A stretch of DNA of 64,000 bases from Ardenticatenaceae bacterium (GTDB lineage: Bacteria > Chloroflexota > Anaerolineae > Promineifilales > Promineifilaceae), in the NCBI GenBank assembly GCA_020634245.1, contig JACKCC010000007.1, forward strand, positions 484,555 through 548,554, read 5' to 3'. The translations under genes and the position numbers were made by a program. Of this stretch, positions 58,168 through 64,000 are shown in pieces. Numbering within the stretch: position 1 is the stretch's first letter; every line of letters begins with the position of its first letter. The notes below the pieces were generated by a model. The model was not told where the DNA came from, searched no databases, and was given only the letters and a program-made list of their open reading frames with translations.

Positions 58168-58866
58168 CTAGTTTAGCAGGATTTTGCCATTGCCGTCATC
58201 GATTAAACGGCCGTCCACCATCTTCAACACGCGGCTGGCATAAGCAACCACACGGGGATCATGCGTGGCAAAAACAAACGCCGTGCCCGTTTCCTCATTG
58301 AGCTTCTTCATAATTTCCATGGCTTGCTGGCCGTTTTCCGTATCCAGATTTGCCGTCGGTTCGTCAGCCAGGACAACGATTGGGTTTGTGGCCAATGCCC
58401 GGGCAATGGCCACCCGCTGCTGCTGGCCGCCGCTCATCTGATCAGGCCGGTGTTTAGCCCAGTCAGATAAACCGACTGCGTTCAGCAAGTAATTGACCCG
58501 TTCTTTCCGTTCCTTCTCACCTACGTTGTTGAGCAGCAGCGGCAGTTCCACATTTTCAAATGCCGAAAGCACCGGAACCAGCGCAAAAAACTGGAAGATG
58601 AAGCCGATCATCTCGCGCCGGATTTCGGCCCGCTGATTGGCTGTGAACCGGGTCACATCCTGCCCTTTGACCCGTATGATGCCGCTGTTGGGCTTATCCA
58701 GGCAGCCCAGCAGTTGCAGCATGGTCGTTTTGCCGGAGCCGGATGGCCCGACTAACGCAGCAAACTCTCCCGCTTTGATGTCCAGCGACACGTGGTCCAA
58801 GGCCAGTGTTTCCACTTCACCAATTTTATAAATCTTTGTGGCGTTTTCAGCTTCAATAATTGTCAT
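58168..58866 (-). CDS. ABC transporter ATP-binding protein (MacB/LolD-like)
   Basis: Walker [10 protein letters not shown], signature MSGGQQQR and Walker B VVLADEPT. Confidence 0.85.
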   Translation of the reverse strand: MTIIEAENATKIYKIGEVETLALDHVSLDIKAGEFAALVGPSGSGKTTMLQLLGCLDKPNSGIIRVKGQDVTRFTANQRAEIRREMIGFIFQFFALVPVLSAFENVELPLLLNNVGEKERKERVNYLLNAVGLSDWAKHRPDQMSGGQQQRVAIARALATNPIVVLADEPTANLDTENGQQAMEIMKKLNEETGTAFVFATHDPRVVAYASRVLKMVDGRLIDDGNGKILLN

Positions 58867-58958
58867 GATATGGTTCCTAATACGTCATGCGTCATAATTT
58901 TCTGTTGACGTATGACGCATGATGTATGAAATCAAGTAGACCTCACGAATTTCTAACC

Positions 58959-60188
58959 TTATAGTGCGTGTAACGCTTCCACTGGTTCCATTTTGGCTGC
59001 GATTGAGGCCGGATAGAGGGAGACCAGCGAGACGATGACCAAGAGCATCAACGAAAGTATGGCGAACTGAACTGGTGCAAAGCCACCTTTTATGGTCGTT
59101 CCCATGGCAAATCCTTCCACCAGAGAGGCGACTTCCGGCGGGAAAGAAAAGCCGACGTAGGTCATGTAGGCCACGACACCCAGCCCCAGCGCCAATCCGA
59201 TAACAATGCCCAACAAGGCTAATAAAATACCTTCAATAAGGAACAGCAGGATGATTTGGCGGCGGTTCATACCCAGGGAAGCCAGGATGCCAATTTCCTG
59301 TGCGCGGGCAAAAACGGACATGAGCAGGGTGTTGGCAATGAGAACGGCCACCGCCAGGAAGACGATCCCGTAGAGGATATAATAAAAGAAAATGCCATTT
59401 CCGACGCTTTCCAGCAATAGCTTGTTCAGGTTTTCCCATGTCAGAACCTGGGTGTCTGGGGTGGTAAACTTGGCGGTGGTAACGGCCGTATCCCCCTCGT
59501 TGTTCAACATCACAATCAAACTGCTAAACCGGTCGCCCACCCCGCTGAAAGACTGAGCCTGGGCTAAAGGCATGATAACCCTGTTTTGATCAATACTGGG
59601 AAAGCCCGTGTCCACCAGCCCGGCAACCGTAAAAACCCCTTCTTGACCGTTACCATTGGCATCGCTGGCAGCTATACTGACCCGTTGACCGACCGCAATC
59701 CCCATTTGCCTGGCCAGTACATTGCCCACCAAAATAAGGCCGCGATCATCGTTTTGCAGGTATTCGCCGGCCACGATGCCATCACGAATTGGTTGGTGAA
59801 ACGCATCTTCCATATCAATGCCCACGATTTGGACGCCAATTGATTCCTGGGAAGTACTCAACAAACCGCCGCTCCATAGAACCGGCGCTGCCGACTTTAC
59901 CTCAGATATGGCTTCGGCCTGCGCGGCCCAGGCGGCGCTGTCTTCCAACATATCTTTGGAAAGCAGGCTGGCCTTATCCTCATCGTAGCTTGCGGCCCGG
60001 ACTTGCAGATGCCCGGTGCTCATGCGGATGTTATCGGCAAGCATGGAAGTGAGCATACCGTCTATCATGCTGCTCATGGCCATTACTACCACCAGACCCA
60101 GGGCGACTGCCAGCGCGGTGAGGGTTGTTCTACGGCCGTTTCTCACCAAATTTCGGTAAGCAATAGAAAAAAATCTGCCAATAGCCAT
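58959..60188 (-). CDS. ABC transporter permease, FtsX/MacB-type
   Basis: N-terminal TM helix, large periplasmic domain and a C-terminal FtsX-like 3-TM bundle. Confidence 0.75.
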   Translation of the reverse strand: MAIGRFFSIAYRNLVRNGRRTTLTALAVALGLVVVMAMSSMIDGMLTSMLADNIRMSTGHLQVRAASYDEDKASLLSKDMLEDSAAWAAQAEAISEVKSAAPVLWSGGLLSTSQESIGVQIVGIDMEDAFHQPIRDGIVAGEYLQNDDRGLILVGNVLARQMGIAVGQRVSIAASDANGNGQEGVFTVAGLVDTGFPSIDQNRVIMPLAQAQSFSGVGDRFSSLIVMLNNEGDTAVTTAKFTTPDTQVLTWENLNKLLLESVGNGIFFYYILYGIVFLAVAVLIANTLLMSVFARAQEIGILASLGMNRRQIILLFLIEGILLALLGIVIGLALGLGVVAYMTYVGFSFPPEVASLVEGFAMGTTIKGGFAPVQFAILSLMLLVIVSLVSLYPASIAAKMEPVEALHAL

Positions 60189-60198
60189 ACCCGTCTCC

Positions 60199-61440
60199 TT
60201 AAACGTAATGCAGCGATTCGGCCGGTTCCCGCTGGGCAGCCTGCCAGGCCGGATACAGCGCCGCCAGACCGCCTATCAAAACAGCCGCCAAACCGTAGAT
60301 AATAATGGCTGTATTGGAGATAGCCGGGTAAAGTTGTGTTCCCATCAATGCATAAAGCTCCCCTGCTTCCCCCAGATCGGAGTAAACCATCGAAAAATCA
60401 ATCCCAACCCGGCCCAGCCAGGCTACAAACGCCCAGCTTAGAACACAACCAACGACAGCCCCAATCAGACCAATTAAAGCGCCTTCTAGCACAAAGAGTC
60501 CCATAATCTGGTTGCCCTTCAGACCCAAAGCCGCCAGCACACCCATTTCCCGCGTTCGCTCAAAAACAGCCATGAGCATCAAATTGAGAATGCCCACGGC
60601 CCCCATTAAAAGCAGAATGCCGCCCAGCATCAGCCCAAACACCCGGTCAAACTCCAGCGCCTGGGCAAATTCCGGCCGCAGGGTGTAAATTGAATCGACT
60701 TCGTGGTTGGGGAATTCAGGCGCGATAACGTCGATCAAGGCATCTTCCTCGCCGATTTTCTCCAGAATAACAGCGACCTCGGTTACTTCGCCACGCAGGT
60801 TGTACAATGTTTGTGTCGTGGGCAGGTTGATAAAGACCAGCCCTTTTTCGGCTTCACCTAAGCCCAGGTCAAAAATGCCGACAACCGTCATCGAGCGCTG
60901 GCGCATTGATTCATCCTTGCGCCGACCCAGCAAAGAGACACGGTCGCCAATCGAGACGTTGAGATAATCGGCCAGCGCCTGCCCAATGACGATATTGTCC
61001 CCATCATCCGGCTGCAAAAAGCGTCCGGCGACGATATTTTCGGCGGCCAGACTGATGGGCGCTTCAGTTTCCGGCTCAATCGCCGTGATGTTGACGGCGT
61101 GCGAAGCGCTGCGGTTGCTGATTAGCCCGCCTGTATTAATCCGTCTGGAAGCCGCAATAACATTGGGCTGCGAACGCACCTCTGCCAAAATGGCATCGAC
61201 ATCGGCTACCGGCAGCATGGGCAGCCGGGTTGATTTTTCGCGGTAACCGGGCGCATGAATCAATACGTTGCCGCCATAAAGCCGCACAGTATTGCCATAA
61301 ATTGACTGATCCATGCCATCCATAAAGGCTTGAAAAAAGATGAGCAAAAACATACTCAGGATGATGGCGACGGTGGCAATCAGGGTACGCCGCCAATTGC
61401 GCCACATATTTCGCCAGGCCAATTTGATGAATTTCAGCAT
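60199..61440 (-). CDS. ABC transporter permease, FtsX/MacB-type (paralogue)
   Basis: Same architecture as the permease at 58959-60188. Confidence 0.75.
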   Translation of the reverse strand: MLKFIKLAWRNMWRNWRRTLIATVAIILSMFLLIFFQAFMDGMDQSIYGNTVRLYGGNVLIHAPGYREKSTRLPMLPVADVDAILAEVRSQPNVIAASRRINTGGLISNRSASHAVNITAIEPETEAPISLAAENIVAGRFLQPDDGDNIVIGQALADYLNVSIGDRVSLLGRRKDESMRQRSMTVVGIFDLGLGEAEKGLVFINLPTTQTLYNLRGEVTEVAVILEKIGEEDALIDVIAPEFPNHEVDSIYTLRPEFAQALEFDRVFGLMLGGILLLMGAVGILNLMLMAVFERTREMGVLAALGLKGNQIMGLFVLEGALIGLIGAVVGCVLSWAFVAWLGRVGIDFSMVYSDLGEAGELYALMGTQLYPAISNTAIIIYGLAAVLIGGLAALYPAWQAAQREPAESLHYV

Positions 61441-61477
61441 ATCCTCAATCCTTTTCGTTCTCGTTCATTTTTCACAA

Positions 61478-61509
61478 TTTTCCCGGAAACTTTGGAGTTT
61501 CCGGGAAAA
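61478..61509. repeat. TTCC(C)GGAA composite palindrome, copy e (compact form)
   Basis: TTTTCCCGGAAACT-ttgg-AGTTTCCGGGAAAA. Confidence 0.6.
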
Positions 61510-61530
61510 TGAATGCCCAAGTTATTTGAC

Positions 61531-61596
61531 ATGGGCGAGGCAATCGGAGAGAAGGCCGTTTGCTAAACCAAGATCATAGCCGATTGCCTCGCCCAT
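61531..61596. repeat. Perfect 17-bp-stem hairpin
   Basis: ATGGGCGAGGCAATCGG ...32 nt... CCGATTGCCTCGCCCAT. Confidence 0.6.
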
Positions 61597-61655
61597 ACGA
61601 TTACTGGTTATTTAGTCGAGAGAATCATAAATCACCTACTATCTTTTTACAACAT

Positions 61656-63464
61656 TTAGTCGGTGTTTTCTTGCGGGTGGGAGACACGGCCGTTATCCCC
61701 CACCGTCTCTTTTTGCAGCAATATTCCCATCAGCCCGTCCACCAAACCGGAACCGCTGCTGCCGCTCACCGACACATCAGGCACAATCCGGACCTGACGG
61801 TCACCGACCACCTGCATCAATTGCAGCGCCGTAAATCCTTGCGGCCCTAGCGCCTCCACACCAGCCCGGTACGCTTCTGCCTTCGCCTCGCCGATTTTGC
61901 GTACCGCTTCCGCCTCGCCCAGGGCTTGCAGCCGTGTCGCTTCCGCTTCACCGGTCGCCCGCTTGATTTCGGCTTTGGCCCGCAGTTCGGCAATCGTCAC
62001 GCCCTGCTCCGAGCTGACCATATCCTGCTGGATATCGGCCATGGCTGTAGCCCGCACCAACTCCTGCCGCTGGTCTTGAGCCAGCTTTTGAATGTTGTAC
62101 GTTTCCCGCTGTTCTTCAGCGATTTTACGTTCCGTTTGCGTGCGCATCAGCTCTTCCGGCGGCGTGATGTCGCCGATGAGTGTGTCCAGCGCCTGCACAT
62201 CATAAGCACTGATGGCCCGACGGATGTGGGCTGTCGCTTCCACCTGCCGCTCGCTGCGGGCGCTCAGAAAGTCCAGTACCGTATACTCCTGTGCCGAGTT
62301 ACGGAAATAGTTGCCTACAATCGGCTGCAAGACATGGTCTACCAGATTTTGTACCGAGCCGACGCGCGAGATGACTTTAGGCGCTTCCGGCGCACCGATG
62401 TGGATAATCTGCGACACGTCCAGGTTAAAAGCAAAACCATCCTTGGAGCGCACGGTGATAGGCGACAATTGGGCATCGTAGCGATGGGATTCGGTGCGGC
62501 TGGCCCAGTTGAGGACGATGTTGGTCGTTGGCACCAGTTCGACTTTCATCACCATGGGATTGATGGGATGTTTGCCGGGATAAAGTGGTGTGACCCAGAC
62601 GCCTTTGTGGCCCGGTTCCACCAGATTGCCATGCTTAAATGCTTCGCCGCTGACGTCTTGATGGGCCTTGCCGACATAGGCAATGACGATGCCGACGTGC
62701 CCGATGGGGATTTCGGTCATTGGGACCTGTTCCACGCTGACGAACCAGGGGTTGAGGTTCCAGGAACCGGACAGCAGCACCTGCTCCTGCAAACCACGTC
62801 GTCCAATGTTGTCCAGGAAGGATTGGGCGTCCTGGAAGTTGTTGTGTTCGTGGACGATTGGGCCGGCTATCTCACCTTCGTCGATGGAACGGCCGTCCAA
62901 CGTCGTCACAATCCCCACCCGATCCGGCTGCACCGAGTAAACGTGAAGCTGGCGCGGCGTCATGCCGTGTGTTTCTGCATTCTGGGCCGTGATTACCGAG
63001 AACAAGGCGCTGTTGATGCGGTAGGTACCGGCAGTTAAAATGCCAAGCTGCCGCCCTTTTTCGCCCCGATTCATCAAGAACTTGCGCGCATCCTGAAAAT
63101 TATCGCAGTCTACCACGCGAGCCAAAATTCGTTCTGGCGGAATGGAAGCGCCGGCCGCCGCCACTACCAGGCCGATTTCACCCTGGGGTACGACGGTTAC
63201 GGGCACTTTGCGCACAGCAAACCGCCAGGGGAAATAGCCAAAATGCCAGCCGGGCGCCAGTGTGTCGGCCTGATAACCGGCTTCGCCTTTGAGGGCAATG
63301 AGCTGGCCGGGGGCCAGCCGCGAACCAAATTTCTTGACCACAACGCCCACTTCTCGCTCGTTGACGATGACCAGCCCCAGTAAGGAGCGTGCTGAAAGGG
63401 CGATGATAACCAGAGCGACCAGGCCAATAAAGATAATAAGCAGGATTGTTGATACGATTGACAT
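61656..63464 (-). CDS. SPFH/band-7 flotillin-like protein
   Basis: N-terminal TM helix, SPFH domain and a long Ala/Glu-rich coiled-coil C-terminus (EAEATRLQALGEAEAVRKIGEAKAEAYRAG). Confidence 0.8.
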   Translation of the reverse strand: MSIVSTILLIIFIGLVALVIIALSARSLLGLVIVNEREVGVVVKKFGSRLAPGQLIALKGEAGYQADTLAPGWHFGYFPWRFAVRKVPVTVVPQGEIGLVVAAAGASIPPERILARVVDCDNFQDARKFLMNRGEKGRQLGILTAGTYRINSALFSVITAQNAETHGMTPRQLHVYSVQPDRVGIVTTLDGRSIDEGEIAGPIVHEHNNFQDAQSFLDNIGRRGLQEQVLLSGSWNLNPWFVSVEQVPMTEIPIGHVGIVIAYVGKAHQDVSGEAFKHGNLVEPGHKGVWVTPLYPGKHPINPMVMKVELVPTTNIVLNWASRTESHRYDAQLSPITVRSKDGFAFNLDVSQIIHIGAPEAPKVISRVGSVQNLVDHVLQPIVGNYFRNSAQEYTVLDFLSARSERQVEATAHIRRAISAYDVQALDTLIGDITPPEELMRTQTERKIAEEQRETYNIQKLAQDQRQELVRATAMADIQQDMVSSEQGVTIAELRAKAEIKRATGEAEATRLQALGEAEAVRKIGEAKAEAYRAGVEALGPQGFTALQLMQVVGDRQVRIVPDVSVSGSSGSGLVDGLMGILLQKETVGDNGRVSHPQENTD

Positions 63465-63632
63465 GATTTTTTACTCCATTTTTAGTGTGAAAAATTTAAC
63501 CGGGGAGGTGCGGAGAGCACAGAGATTTTTAGTTTTGAGAAAGTTGTGTGACATGTTTCTTTGTGTTCCCCTTGTCTTTTCGGTTTTTATATTGCTGAAA
63601 TTGGCGATTTGAAAAACATCGCGCCTACAAAT

Positions 63633-63965
63633 TTAATTGGTGATGTATTTTCGAATCATGGTGACGATTTGTTGGGCGTCTGGTTCGTCCACGGCCGTTG
63701 CCAGACGGATTGTTTTGTCATCATAATCGAAGGAAATGGCACGGCCGTTCCGCTGCGGCGTAACACGGACGTGATGGATGCGGCTCAAGTTGTATCGCTG
63801 GCGGTAGCCCAGGCCAAACAGACTGCGCCGGTAAATGAGATGAGTCGAATTAACACTCACGATTTGGCGTACCCCAAACTGCCAGAGCAAGTCGAGCACT
63901 GCGGCAAAGCCGCCAGCCGTCCACAAGACGGACCAGGTGAGGAAACAATTGCCGCTGCCAATCAC
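63633..63965 (-). CDS. Hypothetical protein upstream of the flotillin gene (possibly a PH-like/YdbT-type domain)
   Basis: 110-aa ORF. The start may lie beyond the ORF-track start near the window edge. Confidence 0.4.
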   Translation of the reverse strand: MIGSGNCFLTWSVLWTAGGFAAVLDLLWQFGVRQIVSVNSTHLIYRRSLFGLGYRQRYNLSRIHHVRVTPQRNGRAISFDYDDKTIRLATAVDEPDAQQIVTMIRKYITN

Positions 63966-64000
63966 TCCTTGCCGGTTAATCTCATTAACGGTGGCTAATT

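Noticed and set aside
1-64000. CRISPR arrays and rRNA genes
   Set aside because: No regularly spaced direct repeats with unique spacers were found. The repeats present are palindromic or hairpin-type elements at dispersed sites. No rRNA-like sequence was seen.

Overview
This is a GC-rich bacterial chromosomal segment of about 58% GC with lower-GC islands. I tentatively assign it to Chloroflexota (SpoVS, Flp-type pilins, a MalT-like regulator and many C-terminally anchored secreted proteins); this assignment is inference only. Coding density is high and most genes are housekeeping or accessory. Housekeeping and metabolic genes: Lhr-like helicase (partial), SpoVS, an LbH acyltransferase, a two-domain NAD-salvage-like protein, a GT39/ArnT-like glycosyltransferase, YhaM, UbiX, two PNPOx-like proteins, an NYN-domain protein, a Dam-class N6-adenine methyltransferase, a class V aminotransferase, a heterodimeric ABC exporter, a GT28 glycosyltransferase, GlgA, PBP1A and MsrPQ. 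Accessory genes: three secreted enzymes with similar C-terminal anchors, a beta-class DNA methyltransferase fused to an Mrr-like endonuclease domain, an M19 dipeptidase with a MazF-type toxin-antitoxin cassette inserted in its 5' end, endonuclease IV, a MalT-like regulator, tRNA-Arg(CCG), an islet containing a Flp-prepilin/CarboxypepD_reg repeat protein, IS1-family and IS982-family insertion sequences, a CE7 esterase, two histidine-kinase proteins, a MacB/Lol-like ABC transporter and a flotillin. The most notable sequence-level signals are listed below. (1) A highly iterated palindromic octamer ACGGCCGT, often AACGGCCGTT, occurs roughly once every 600 bp across coding and non-coding DNA. (2) An ~820-bp AT-rich non-coding region contains at least three phased DnaA boxes plus degenerate boxes and an AT-rich tract, giving an oriC-like architecture. 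(3) There are several families of small structured repeats: TTCC(C)GGAA composite palindromes, an ~85-bp GTGACAGTCAC element, and MITE-like GTCATTCCGA...GGAATGAC hairpins. (4) A toxin-antitoxin cassette is flanked by a 64-bp duplication of the dipeptidase 5' coding end. No CRISPR array or rRNA gene was seen.
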